Shown: positions 30,742 to 40,333, numbered from the stretch's first letter. The stretch is DNA of 64,000 nucleotides from Nitrospira sp. (GCA_047150005.1 AP038806.1:3296001-3360000); one strand, 5' to 3'. Made by a program: numbers and translations. The notes: a model not told the origin generated them from the letters alone.

Positions 30742-31449
30742 TTAGTGCGGCTCCAGCCCCGGATACACGGGGAGGGCTGCCAGTGCGTCCCGATATCGTA
30801 TCTGGAGTTCTTCCCGTTGATCCGGCGAGAACAGCCTGCCTCCCGAACGGACCTTGATCAGGTAGTCCTCGGGCTCGAACGTTACGTTGAACGCAGCCGA
30901 GCGCTCGGGCACGTTCGGCATCTGCCGGTCGTACTTGCTGATGTCCGGCCCGGGACCATGGCGGTCATGAACCTCGCTGAGCGAAAGGTAGAGCGTCCCG
31001 TTACGGATCGACAGCCACCCCGTCGTGCTCTCTTCCTCTCCGTGCTCAGTGGCATGGCTCAGGTGAAAGAACACGCGCTGTGCCGGCGAGGCCTGCGCCA
31101 GCCCTCTCGAGAGGGCTGGCGCCAGGACCGTGATCTCCTCATGGCGAAAGGCGCGCGTGCGATCCGCCTCTCCGGAAAACAGCCGATGGATAAAATTGCG
31201 TTGTTCCCACGCCCGCACGTTGCCGAGTATGGTTCCGATCTCGGTTGTGGAGAGTGTAGCCGGATGCGCATTCGAGGTCGAATCCGGGTCGGCTTCGAGA
31301 CGGACCGTATTGAGTCCCGATTCATAAATGGTTTTCTGCGTCTCCGGCGACGTTCCGGCGCAGCCAACGAGGATGACTCCCATCAGCGCCAGAAACGGCA
31401 GACTCAGCCGGATCACGGTTCGATGGAATGGTCTTGAGATATGGTTCAT
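30742..31449 (-). CDS. Uncharacterised lipoprotein (paralog of 36645-37307)
   Basis: LVGC lipobox; HPATL...FRHEEI..LAP.L..GL..ASP..RVFF...TTGWL. Confidence 0.8.
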   Translation of the reverse strand: MNHISRPFHRTVIRLSLPFLALMGVILVGCAGTSPETQKTIYESGLNTVRLEADPDSTSNAHPATLSTTEIGTILGNVRAWEQRNFIHRLFSGEADRTRAFRHEEITVLAPALSRGLAQASPAQRVFFHLSHATEHGEEESTTGWLSIRNGTLYLSLSEVHDRHGPGPDISKYDRQMPNVPERSAAFNVTFEPEDYLIKVRSGGRLFSPDQREELQIRYRDALAALPVYPGLEPH

Positions 31450-32270
31450 GATTTCACCTCCCGTTGCTGCGCAAGTCCCGCTCCCGGTGTGACCTGATCA
31501 AATCCGAATTGCTTCAACTGCTCCTGAATCGGAGCCGACAGCAGGAACTGAATGAAATCTCCGGCGGCCGAGATGTTCTTGGCTGTCCATACCGCTGCGA
31601 CTCCGTATCGCACCGGTGTGTGAGAATCTTCCGGAGCCGTGTCCAGAATCTTGACTTGTGATTCAGCCACGGCATCGGTTCGATACACGACTCCGATTTC
31701 CGCTTCTCCTTTCGCGACGAGGTCGAGAACGGCCCGCGAATGCTCGCCGAATACGTACTGGGACTTCAGTTGTGGTTCCAGTTTGGCGTGTTTGAGAAAC
31801 TGAACCGCCACCTTGCCGACCGACGATGTTTTCGGGTCCCCGATCGCAATGCGTCTGACCGGAATGGTGTGAAGCTCCTGGAGGGAGGCAACAGGAGCCG
31901 GGAACATCTTGCCGGTGATGATGACCAGGGACGTGCCGGCATACACACGTTTCGTTCCCTGAATCACCAAGCTTTTCTTCTCGAGGTATTCGATTTCTTC
32001 GACGAGTGATGGAAGGAACACGTCGACCGGGGCTCCCTCTTCGATCTGCTTGCGCAGGTTCTGCGAGGGGCCGTAAATCACCCGGACCGTGACTTCCGGG
32101 TGCTGAGCTTCAAACTGAGGCAATACCTTTCGAAAGACATCCCGTAAACTGTTTGCCGCCGCGATGGTGACGGTCTCCGGTTGCGCATAGGCGCTGTTCG
32201 GTAGCCAGGATCCGAACAGTACGACGCTCAGGAGCAAGAGGAAACGAGAGATCGCATGTGTGTAGTTCAT
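31446..32270 (-). CDS. Divergent ModA-like periplasmic oxyanion-binding protein
   Basis: AAANSL, KQIEEGAPVDVF, IAIGDPKT, GVVYRTDA; start at 32270 (MNYT) or 32282. Confidence 0.85.
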   Translation of the reverse strand: MNYTHAISRFLLLLSVVLFGSWLPNSAYAQPETVTIAAANSLRDVFRKVLPQFEAQHPEVTVRVIYGPSQNLRKQIEEGAPVDVFLPSLVEEIEYLEKKSLVIQGTKRVYAGTSLVIITGKMFPAPVASLQELHTIPVRRIAIGDPKTSSVGKVAVQFLKHAKLEPQLKSQYVFGEHSRAVLDLVAKGEAEIGVVYRTDAVAESQVKILDTAPEDSHTPVRYGVAAVWTAKNISAAGDFIQFLLSAPIQEQLKQFGFDQVTPGAGLAQQREVKS

Positions 32271-32311
32271 GGGGATCCTCAAATATGAGTAAGTGGTGTT
32301 TGCACTGGTTC

Positions 32312-33970
32312 TCAGAAGTAGAATTGGTACTGCACATTGATGCGATTTTCTATGAGATCGCTTCCGAACCCCGGTTGAGTCTCGAACGGATAGCGATCCG
32401 GAGCTCGTCCTCCACTGCCCGACGTAATGTTCGAATAGTCGATGACAAGTCTATTGTTATAGGTACCGTCAAAGCTATAGTTGATAGCCACGCCCAATTC
32501 CTTGGTAAGATCGTCTTTTTGCTTGGTCGATGGATCGAAGACGCCATAGCGCACGGCTAATTCCAGCTTGCGCGGGATGAGATATTTTCCCGCCTGCACG
32601 TACCAGCCCCAGGCATCACCAAGCTCCACCGGCTGAGGTCCTATAACGAGCGCGTTCTGCGTCGGATTGTTCGGGTTCGGAACGGTGGTGAGGTCGAAGG
32701 GAAGCGTTCCCGCGAAGGCATCTCGAACATGCTGCTGACGGTAATATCCTTCCGATTGCAAAGACCAGCCTTGGTACTTTCCGATGAAATCAACTTCATA
32801 GGTCTGAAAATCGTAGATGCCGCCGCCGAGCAACCGCCCATTGTTGTTTTTTGCCACTCCTTGGCGAAACGCGCGGTCGACGATGTCCGAGCGGATCGAG
32901 CTGAGATAGTTCTGGCCTGGATTATAGGCATAGCCGACCGCGATAGCCGCTTGCGGAACCCGTGAATTGAGAATGTCGCCTTGACCGTACCCTGGATTAC
33001 CGGAGATTTTGTACAACACCCTGGCCGTATACATCATCTCACCGCCCAAAAAGCGGGTATTGTAATTGTAAGTGCGCGTGATGCCGGAGGGCTGGGCGCC
33101 GGGCGTGCCGGTGGGTGCGAGGACCGTCTGGCTGACCGATGTCCCGTCGCGGGCGAGGTTGGCACCGGCTCCGTTCCAAATACCAACGGCGTAGTTAAAT
33201 CGGTATTGATCTTCATCGCTGAGGATCGAAATGCCGACATCGCGATTGCTAATGAGATTGGCGGAGAACATGTTCTGGACGATCATGTTGTCTGAGAATG
33301 TCGAGGTCGCAATGGAGGCGATCTGCGATCGATTGAACCAGACGCGCTGTTGGCCGACCTGTGCTGTCAACCAAGGGATGTGCCATGACGCGATATAGGC
33401 ATCCAGCAGTTTGGCCCGTCCGCTTCCTCCCTCTTGATCCGAGGTGAATTGATCGAGTCCCCACGAAAAATTGTAGCGAAAGTCCGGATCGAACGCGTAG
33501 CCCATGAATTGCAGGCGCGCACGGGGGACGCTGAAGGCGCTCCTATCGCTCTGATGCCGGACGGCTCGATATTCAACCTGCCCTCCGAGAATTTCCGGGT
33601 TCCGGGAATCGCCCACCGTGCCCCAGGCAGAATTGTAGGTGCTATAGCTGTATCGCACTTGGGTCAAGAGCCGGAGTTTCAGGAAGAACTTCTCTCCGAC
33701 TCGAATGTTGAGACCGTTATTGACATCGATGCCATAATTGGGTTTCGAGAGCCGTTCCTTGTTTTCGATTACCCGTAGGCCCTTGTCGTACTCCTCTTGA
33801 GTGATCAGGCCCTTTTGATACAGGTACTTGAGGCCTGGATCTTCGCCGGAGTAGTACTCCCACTTGCCGTCCTTCTTCACCAACTGACCTTCCTCCACCG
33901 CCGTTGCCGGTTGCGGACTCACCAGCCAGAGCAGGCCGATGATGAAAAGGACCAAACCAGAAAGTCTCAT
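32312..33970 (-). CDS. Outer-membrane porin, OprO/OprP-like
   Basis: Signal peptide, RARLQFMG, LLDAYI, QVGQQRVWFNR, NRDVG, terminal QFYF; RBS GGAGG before ATG 33970. Confidence 0.85.
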   Translation of the reverse strand: MRLSGLVLFIIGLLWLVSPQPATAVEEGQLVKKDGKWEYYSGEDPGLKYLYQKGLITQEEYDKGLRVIENKERLSKPNYGIDVNNGLNIRVGEKFFLKLRLLTQVRYSYSTYNSAWGTVGDSRNPEILGGQVEYRAVRHQSDRSAFSVPRARLQFMGYAFDPDFRYNFSWGLDQFTSDQEGGSGRAKLLDAYIASWHIPWLTAQVGQQRVWFNRSQIASIATSTFSDNMIVQNMFSANLISNRDVGISILSDEDQYRFNYAVGIWNGAGANLARDGTSVSQTVLAPTGTPGAQPSGITRTYNYNTRFLGGEMMYTARVLYKISGNPGYGQGDILNSRVPQAAIAVGYAYNPGQNYLSSIRSDIVDRAFRQGVAKNNNGRLLGGGIYDFQTYEVDFIGKYQGWSLQSEGYYRQQHVRDAFAGTLPFDLTTVPNPNNPTQNALVIGPQPVELGDAWGWYVQAGKYLIPRKLELAVRYGVFDPSTKQKDDLTKELGVAINYSFDGTYNNRLVIDYSNITSGSGGRAPDRYPFETQPGFGSDLIENRINVQYQFYF

Positions 33971-33993
33971 GTCGTTCCTCCATGACATGGGAA

Positions 33994-34066
33994 CTTCCGG
34001 TGGTCCGGTCAGTCCGCCGTTCGGATTGATGGAAAGATTAGATTGACCGTCCGGTTATCCGGTCGG
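33994..34066 (-). repeat. Two copies of the motif CYGACCGGA-NN-ACCGGA between the DUF2292 gene and the porin
   Basis: Minus strand CCGACCGGATAACCGGACG (34066-34048) and CTGACCGGACCACCGGAAG (34012-33994). Confidence 0.7.
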
Positions 34067-34132
34067 TTCGTTACTCGTTTGCACCCTCCAAGGAGTGACT
34101 GTCAGATTGAATGCGCATCGTGACAAGACCGT

Positions 34133-34318
34133 TCAGCGCGACAGATGGGAATCGAATCGCGTCTTTTCTTTTCGTTCGATCTGGACCACTTTGGAGTCGT
34201 GAACAATAATTTCCACCGAGCCGAAGCGGATGCCCTTCAGCGCATGCATGATCGCTTGTTCGACATGGGGGTGCACGTTGTAATCCGAGAGGTTCTGGTT
34301 ATTCGAGAGCGCCTGCAT
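34133..34318 (-). CDS. DUF2292/YezD (OscA-like) small protein
   Basis: ALKGIRFGSVEIIVHDSKVVQIERKEKTRF signature; RBS GGAGG. Confidence 0.88.
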   Translation of the reverse strand: MQALSNNQNLSDYNVHPHVEQAIMHALKGIRFGSVEIIVHDSKVVQIERKEKTRFDSHLSR

Positions 34319-34378
34319 CTGCACCTCCATCCATCGAGTCTGACTCGGTTCTAGAACGTTCACAGGTGAGGAGTTATT

Positions 34379-34405
34379 TAATTCCTACTATCCCGATCAG
34401 AATTA
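34379..34405. promoter_or_regulatory. Candidate Rrf2 (CymR/IscR-like) operator of the leftward operon
   Basis: TAATTC-CTACTATCCCGATCA-GAATTA just downstream of a minus-strand TTGACA (34445-34440) promoter; resembles CymR boxes. Confidence 0.5.
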
Positions 34406-34535
34406 ATTGTTTCTATGTATAAATTAAGTTACTCTAGTTTGTCAACAAATAATTATGTGAGACAGAAGATAAAGGCACCCAGCATGCGCTCATTGCATAA
34501 AGAAGAGTAATCACGAGATAAGTATGACAGTATAC

Positions 34536-34565
34536 TTGACAACTATAATGTATTATTGCTATATG
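34536..34565 (+). promoter_or_regulatory. Sigma70-type promoter of the rightward operon, near-leaderless
   Basis: TTGACA...TGcTATAT, a few nt before ATG 34573; no RBS; TGACA direct repeat overlaps the -35. Confidence 0.55.
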
Positions 34566-34572
34566 CCCCGTC

Positions 34573-35748
34573 ATGGGCGTAAGGCATCAAGCTGAATCGG
34601 TTGACCATTTCCGGAATGAACTCAAGAATCTCCGTGCCGCACGCGGTCTATCGCAAGGTGAGTTAGCGTCGAAAGCCGGCATCACCCGTCAGGCCGTTTC
34701 ATCGATCGAATCCAACCTCTATCTGCCGACCACCGCTGTCGCTCTGAGACTTGCCGAGGTCCTCTCCTGTCGTGTCGAAGATCTTTTTAGCCTGGCCAAG
34801 CCTATCCAGCCTATCCAGGGCGTTCTCGTGGGTACTGTTTCCGAACGAAATCCTTCAAGTCCGCCAGTTCGCGTCAAAGTCGCGATGGTCGGTTCTCGAA
34901 TCGTCGTGCGGCCCGTGACGGGGTTGGGCGACGTACTGTCGTGCACCGTAGGTGCGGATGGATATCTGGCGGGGGCTGTTTCCTCCGTGGGGGGGGCGAC
35001 CGTGGAAGTCATGCTCTCCCGCGACCGCCAGGCGATCGAACAGGAAATTTCCGTGGCCGGCTGCGATCCCGCGATCTTTCTTGCTGGCGAACACATGAGG
35101 AGGCGGAAGGACCAGACTTCGGTCGTCGGCTGGACAATGGGAAGTATGGCCGCGCTGCGTTCGCTGCAGCGGGGAGAAGTTCACGTCGCAGGGTTGCACC
35201 TGTTTGATCCTGCGACGGGAGAATCCAATCTTCCATTTGTTCGGCGTGCGTTGAAGGGTTCCGGCTACGACGTGGTCACCTTTGCAACGTGGGAGGAGGG
35301 GTTTCTCGTTCGCAAAGGAAATCCAAAGTCGATTCGCGCCGCCGCCGATCTTGCCGACGCAACGGTGACCTTCCTGAATCGGGAAGAAGGGTCGGGAGCC
35401 CGTCTCCTTCTCGATCGGCAATTGCGTGAATCAGGGGTCGCGCCCGCACAGGTCCGGGGTTATGACCGAATGGTCTTGTCCCACTTCGAAGTGGCTCGGG
35501 CGGTCGCGGGTCATCAAGCGGACGTGGGCATCGGTATTCGATCCGCCGCGCAGTACTTCGATCTGGACTTCGTGCCGCTCCAATCGGCCCGGTACGACCT
35601 GGTCGTTCCCAAGACCTATCTGAAGTCCCATCCCACCTTAGCCAATCTATTTGAGACGATCGTCAGCCGTCCGTTTCGCAACGAGATCGAGTCTCTTGGC
35701 GGCTACGATACGAGTGAGACAGGAAAGATGCACGTCCTGCGATCATGA
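34573..35748 (+). CDS. XRE-HTH + PBP (molybdate-binding-like) transcriptional regulator
   Basis: LSQGELA..AGITRQAVSSIE HTH; C-terminal AGCDPA, GSMAAL, GEVHVAGLHL, NREEGSGAR, YDLV. Confidence 0.88.
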   Translation: MGVRHQAESVDHFRNELKNLRAARGLSQGELASKAGITRQAVSSIESNLYLPTTAVALRLAEVLSCRVEDLFSLAKPIQPIQGVLVGTVSERNPSSPPVRVKVAMVGSRIVVRPVTGLGDVLSCTVGADGYLAGAVSSVGGATVEVMLSRDRQAIEQEISVAGCDPAIFLAGEHMRRRKDQTSVVGWTMGSMAALRSLQRGEVHVAGLHLFDPATGESNLPFVRRALKGSGYDVVTFATWEEGFLVRKGNPKSIRAAADLADATVTFLNREEGSGARLLLDRQLRESGVAPAQVRGYDRMVLSHFEVARAVAGHQADVGIGIRSAAQYFDLDFVPLQSARYDLVVPKTYLKSHPTLANLFETIVSRPFRNEIESLGGYDTSETGKMHVLRS

Positions 35749-36599
35749 ATCACCTCGATGCGGGAGACATAGTGATGAAGCTGACCAGAGTCCTGTTCCT
35801 CGCCGCCGTTCTCGTGTCCGTTTCTGCGACGTCCGGGTACGCTTTCGAGCAACTGGTGATAGCCGCGTCGCCGAGTATGCGTCTTCCCGTCGAAGCTCTC
35901 GGACGGCAGTTTGAAGCCACCCATCCAGACGTGCGTGTGCGGCTGCATCTCGATTCCGGTCTCGATCTCCGTCGGACCATCGCCGGGATGGAGAACAGCA
36001 CGAAAGGATACTTCATCGGCACCGGCCCTATTCATCTCGTGGCGCCCGGCGGCGATGAGCTGATCACTCGGTTGGAGCAAAAATACTACGTGTTGCCCGG
36101 CACGCGCCGAGTGTATGCCGAGGAATTGCTCGTCATGGTCGTGCCGGAGTCGTTGGTCGATGCGCCGACATCCTTTGATGCCTTGAAAAACGATGGCAAG
36201 CTGCGCATCGCCGTCGGGGATCCGGAGAAGACGGGACTCGGCCAAAAGACAAAGCAGCTGCTGACGAGGCTGGGGATCTGGGACGACGTGCGAGAACGGC
36301 TCGACGAAGCGGCGGATACGCGTTCCGTCATCGACCACGTGTTGAACGGTCAGGCCGATGCCGGGATCCTTTTCGGTCCCGACGCGGCGCGAGAAAACCA
36401 ACGGCTGCGCGTCGTCGCCGAGGCCGAGCGAAACTTCATCACTCCGGTGGTCCATTCCATGGCGATGGAACGGTACTGCCCACATCGGCAATTGTGTGCG
36501 GAGTTCCTCGAATTTATCCAGTCGGCCCAAGCCCAGGCCACGCTCAAAGGTCTGGGCTACGCCTCGCCTGTCCGAGAGCAGGCAAGTCAAGCCCATTAA
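35745..36599 (+). CDS. Divergent ModA-like periplasmic binding protein
   Basis: Signal peptide; IAASPS, IAVGDPEKTGLG, GQADAGIL, FLEFIQS; start may be 35772/35775. Confidence 0.8.
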   Translation: MNHLDAGDIVMKLTRVLFLAAVLVSVSATSGYAFEQLVIAASPSMRLPVEALGRQFEATHPDVRVRLHLDSGLDLRRTIAGMENSTKGYFIGTGPIHLVAPGGDELITRLEQKYYVLPGTRRVYAEELLVMVVPESLVDAPTSFDALKNDGKLRIAVGDPEKTGLGQKTKQLLTRLGIWDDVRERLDEAADTRSVIDHVLNGQADAGILFGPDAARENQRLRVVAEAERNFITPVVHSMAMERYCPHRQLCAEFLEFIQSAQAQATLKGLGYASPVREQASQAH

Positions 36600-36644
36600 T
36601 CCAAAGTCATACAGTGGCTCTTTCGATTCAGGAGGAGGAATGTC

Positions 36645-37307
36645 ATGTCACCGCAGAATCGGGTCAGACAGCCGAAGAATTGGAGCAGCAGGGTCGTCTG
36701 CGTGCTGCTCGTCGGGATCGTCGCGACAGGCTGTGCGCGGCTTCCATACACAACGAAGGTGGTGCAGGACAATCGACGAGTCTTCGTTGCTCTGCAACGC
36801 GAGCCCAAACCGGCGTCCTACAGTCATCCCGTCCAGTTCACGATCGGAGAGCTGACCGCCATCCTGTCCGGCTTCTCATTCCGCGAGAAGCAGAGATTGC
36901 CGTTGCGGTGGTTTGCGGAAGAAGTCCCGCCGAAAGACATTTTCCGGAGAGATGAATTGGAAGCCATCGTCCCTCCGCTCGTGGATGCGCTGCAAAAGGT
37001 CTCCGCTGACGAGCGGGTCTATTTTCAAGTCTTGGCACCCGGCATGAATCCGGCGTATGAGCGGGACACGACCGCCGGCTGGATTGCGGTTCACGAACCG
37101 TATTTTCACCTCACGCTCGAACATTTCCATGCCATGTTCCCCACCAGAAAGTCAGAACAGTGGGATCTCCGCTATCCTGCTCTCCCGCCCGATCCCAAGA
37201 CGTTCCTGCTGTACTTCGAGCCGGGACGCTTTTGGGAAACGGACCCGGTGACCCATCGCCCATCCGTACAGTACCGCAAATTCTTGAAAGCGGTGCCGAC
37301 CAAGTAA
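36645..37307 (+). CDS. Uncharacterised lipoprotein (paralog of 30742-31449)
   Basis: ATGC lipobox; HPVQF...FRRDELEAIVPPLVDAL..VSADERVYF...TTAGWI. Confidence 0.8.
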   Translation: MSPQNRVRQPKNWSSRVVCVLLVGIVATGCARLPYTTKVVQDNRRVFVALQREPKPASYSHPVQFTIGELTAILSGFSFREKQRLPLRWFAEEVPPKDIFRRDELEAIVPPLVDALQKVSADERVYFQVLAPGMNPAYERDTTAGWIAVHEPYFHLTLEHFHAMFPTRKSEQWDLRYPALPPDPKTFLLYFEPGRFWETDPVTHRPSVQYRKFLKAVPTK

Positions 37308-37374
37308 CGCCATTACGGGCCGGGCGACTCGGACTATTTCCACGTCCATATCCAATCATTCTCGGAGGTCGGTC

Positions 37375-39156
37375 ATGATGTTGCGGAGATGGCTTTCCCA
37401 AATGGGTTGTACACCTCGAATCGTCAAGGCGGTCGTTGCGACAAGTGCGGCGGCTCTACTGGCTCTGTTCCCCGATCTTGGGCACGCAGTGGATTCGGGA
37501 AAGTTGGTCGAGAAAAACGGCGAATATGTCTTTGTCGAAAGCATGGATCCCGCCACGCGGTTGCTGTTGGAACGGTCCTACGAAAAGGGCATCATCACAC
37601 AGGAAGAGCGTGACAAGGCCATCAAGGAGTCCGAATCCCGCGCCTATCTGATGCAGCCGAGCTTCAAGCTCTGGTACGACCGGGGATTCAATTTCTCGAT
37701 GAACGACAATGCCTTCCTTCTCAAGATCAGAGGACGCTTGCAAATGCGGGAGACGACCAGGTGGAGAAACGACGCTTGGAGAAATCCCGGGGACGCCAAG
37801 AATTATCCGGAGCTGCTGGGGGTCTTCGGAGACTATCGCGCCAATCGCTCGGACGATTTCTACACCCAGTTCAATATACGCCGGGCCCGGTTGTTGTTCC
37901 TCGGTCACCTCATCAATCCGGATTTCAAGTATTTCGTCCAGCTTGGATTCGAGACTGCGGAGAATGCTCAGACGCCTGGCGCCGCCAATTTGCTCGACTT
38001 CTATTTTCTGAGCACGCATTTTTCTTTATTCAACGTGCAGGCCGGTCAATACAAGGTGTTCTTTAACCGGTCCCAGATCAATAACACCGCCTCCATGCAG
38101 TTCGCCGAACGCTCCGCGGTCCAGGACGCGTTCACCGCGAGCGGTCTCAATCGTCGGGACGTCGGCATTACGATCATGAATGACGACGAAGTGTACCCGG
38201 TCAACTACTATCTCGGCGTCTATAATGGTGCCGGTCCGCTGTTCAACCGCTACGGGACCTATGACAGCGAGGAAGCCACCGTGGGATGTCCCGGCGGGCA
38301 GACGGGCGGTAATCCTTTTCCTTCGCCGGCTGGTTGTCCGACGAACACGCGCAACCTCAACGCGAACTTCCGCAATGAGATCGACAAGCTGATGTACGCC
38401 GGTCGTCTGCAATGGAATATTATGGGCCGGCCCGGCTACGGTGAAGGTGACCTGGCCTACTCGGAAACACCCCAGATGGCGGTGGGCGGCGGGGTCGCCT
38501 ATAATCCCGGCGTCAACACGAGCACCGACAATGCCTTTGTCGGCATCGATCTGGCCAATCTGAATTTCCGCCGACAGTTGGCGACGTTCGGCAACGGTCG
38601 GCAATTGGGATGGGGCATCGTCAACTATTTCACGCATGCCTTCGACGGCGTGTTCAAGTATCGGGGATTCTCCTTGCAGGGCGAATATTATTTCAAGAAT
38701 ATCGAGCGAACCTTTAAGGGGGCGCCGTGCTTGCAGACGACCGGGACCGGCGGGCCTTGCACGACCCAGGCACCTGGTCTCCTCGGCAATTCGACGGGTT
38801 TCTACGTGCAGAGCGGGTATTACTTGATTCCAAGAAAACTGGAAGTGGCGGCTCGCTACTCCTATTGGGATCCGGATACCAATGCGTCGGGCGACTTGAT
38901 CAAGCAGGTCGATGCCTCGCTCAATTGGTTTCCGTTCGGCACGTACGACTATCAGGTCATGTTGACGTATACGAACCTGGCGATGGGGACAGGCGGCTAT
39001 GCCATCGGCCGTAGCAATCCGTTGCCGAGTACGGGCGGCTCGCAGAGTACCGTACCCTGTCCGGCCACCTTTCCGTCAGGCTGCGTGCCCTTGGATGCTC
39101 GCGGAGGCACGTTGATCGAAAATGCGATACGGCTGCAGTTCCAGATCTTTTTCTAG
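37375..39156 (+). CDS. Outer-membrane porin, OprO/OprP-like (paralog of 32312-33970)
   Basis: RRARLLFLG, LLDFYF, QAGQYKVFFNR, NRRDVG, YLIPRKLE, terminal QIFF. Confidence 0.85.
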   Translation: MMLRRWLSQMGCTPRIVKAVVATSAAALLALFPDLGHAVDSGKLVEKNGEYVFVESMDPATRLLLERSYEKGIITQEERDKAIKESESRAYLMQPSFKLWYDRGFNFSMNDNAFLLKIRGRLQMRETTRWRNDAWRNPGDAKNYPELLGVFGDYRANRSDDFYTQFNIRRARLLFLGHLINPDFKYFVQLGFETAENAQTPGAANLLDFYFLSTHFSLFNVQAGQYKVFFNRSQINNTASMQFAERSAVQDAFTASGLNRRDVGITIMNDDEVYPVNYYLGVYNGAGPLFNRYGTYDSEEATVGCPGGQTGGNPFPSPAGCPTNTRNLNANFRNEIDKLMYAGRLQWNIMGRPGYGEGDLAYSETPQMAVGGGVAYNPGVNTSTDNAFVGIDLANLNFRRQLATFGNGRQLGWGIVNYFTHAFDGVFKYRGFSLQGEYYFKNIERTFKGAPCLQTTGTGGPCTTQAPGLLGNSTGFYVQSGYYLIPRKLEVAARYSYWDPDTNASGDLIKQVDASLNWFPFGTYDYQVMLTYTNLAMGTGGYAIGRSNPLPSTGGSQSTVPCPATFPSGCVPLDARGGTLIENAIRLQFQIFF

Positions 39157-39189
39157 CTTGTCAAAGTCACGCATACAGGAGGCGGAATT

Positions 39190-39984
39190 ATGAATTATGG
39201 TGGAGACAGAGTATCGGGAGCTGTCCGTGGGGGCCTCGCGCTGCTGTTTCTCTTGCTTACGTGTCCCATGGGCGTGGTTTGGGCGGAGGAACTCACCATC
39301 GCGGCCGCCTCGGACTTGAATTTTGCATTCAAGGAACTCGTGGTCGAATTTGAAAAGACCTCGGGTCATCAGGTTAAATTGTCGTTGGGATCGTCCGGAA
39401 ACTTTTACGCACAGATTCAAAACGGTGCGCCGTTTGACCTCTATTTTTCGGCGGATATCGGCTATCCTCGGAAGTTGGAAGAGGCCGGTTTGGCCGTGCC
39501 GGGGTCTCTCTATCGATATGCGGTCGGTCGGATTGTCGTCTGGACCGGACACGCTTCGCGCCTCGATAGCACGAAGGGCATGGAGGCATTGCGCGAGCCG
39601 AGTATCAGGAAGATTGCCATTGCCAATCCCAAACATGCGCCCTATGGACGGGCCGCTGTTTCCGCTATGGAGCATTTCAAGGTCTACGAGCAAGTCAAGG
39701 ACCGTTTGGTCTTGGGTGAAAATATCTCTCAGGCCGCTCAATTCGTCGAGTCGGGAGCATGCGAGATCGGCGTGATCGCACTTTCGCTGGCCCTTGCCCC
39801 GACGATGAAGGCCAAGGGCACCTATTGGGAGGTGCCGGCCGACGCACATCCCGCTCTGGAGCAGGGCGCCGTCATTCTGAAATCGTCGCCGCGCCCGCAG
39901 GTTGCGAGAGAGTTTCTTGAATTTATGAAAGGGCAGGCAGGACAGGAGATCATGAAGCGCTATGGTTTTACCATTCCGGCATAA
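39190..39984 (+). CDS. modA: Molybdate ABC transporter substrate-binding protein
   Basis: AAASDL, GSSGNFYAQIQNGAPFDLYFSAD, ANPKHAPYG, GENISQA. Confidence 0.93.
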   Translation: MNYGGDRVSGAVRGGLALLFLLLTCPMGVVWAEELTIAAASDLNFAFKELVVEFEKTSGHQVKLSLGSSGNFYAQIQNGAPFDLYFSADIGYPRKLEEAGLAVPGSLYRYAVGRIVVWTGHASRLDSTKGMEALREPSIRKIAIANPKHAPYGRAAVSAMEHFKVYEQVKDRLVLGENISQAAQFVESGACEIGVIALSLALAPTMKAKGTYWEVPADAHPALEQGAVILKSSPRPQVAREFLEFMKGQAGQEIMKRYGFTIPA

Positions 39985-40333
39985 CAGACTTTCCGCCGGT
40001 CTATTTGCCGTGACGCTTCTCGCCTGCGCGGCCTGTTCCGACGCGGTTCAGCTCGTGGGAGAAACCGACACGGGGGGCGTCGTGACCTATTTGTATAAAG
40101 AGGACCGGGGAGGGCCCATGGGATCCCCGCATCGAAAGGAGGCTTTGCAGGTCATCGACAAGAAGTGTCCCTTTGGCTATACGGTCGTGCGAGACGGAGA
40201 GGTGAGGGGCTATTCCGGGATGTCGAGCACGGAAGGGCACGAAGGTGAGGTGACGGGCCAGCGATGGGGCATTCGATTTCGATGTAAGGAGTCACGACAA
40301 GATCCACGTCACAACAGAGGAGGCTCATCATGA
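39962..40333 (+). CDS. Small putative lipoprotein in the mod operon
   Basis: LLACAAC lipobox-like site; overlaps modA and mop (translational coupling). Confidence 0.7.
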   Translation: MVLPFRHNRLSAGLFAVTLLACAACSDAVQLVGETDTGGVVTYLYKEDRGGPMGSPHRKEALQVIDKKCPFGYTVVRDGEVRGYSGMSSTEGHEGEVTGQRWGIRFRCKESRQDPRHNRGGSS

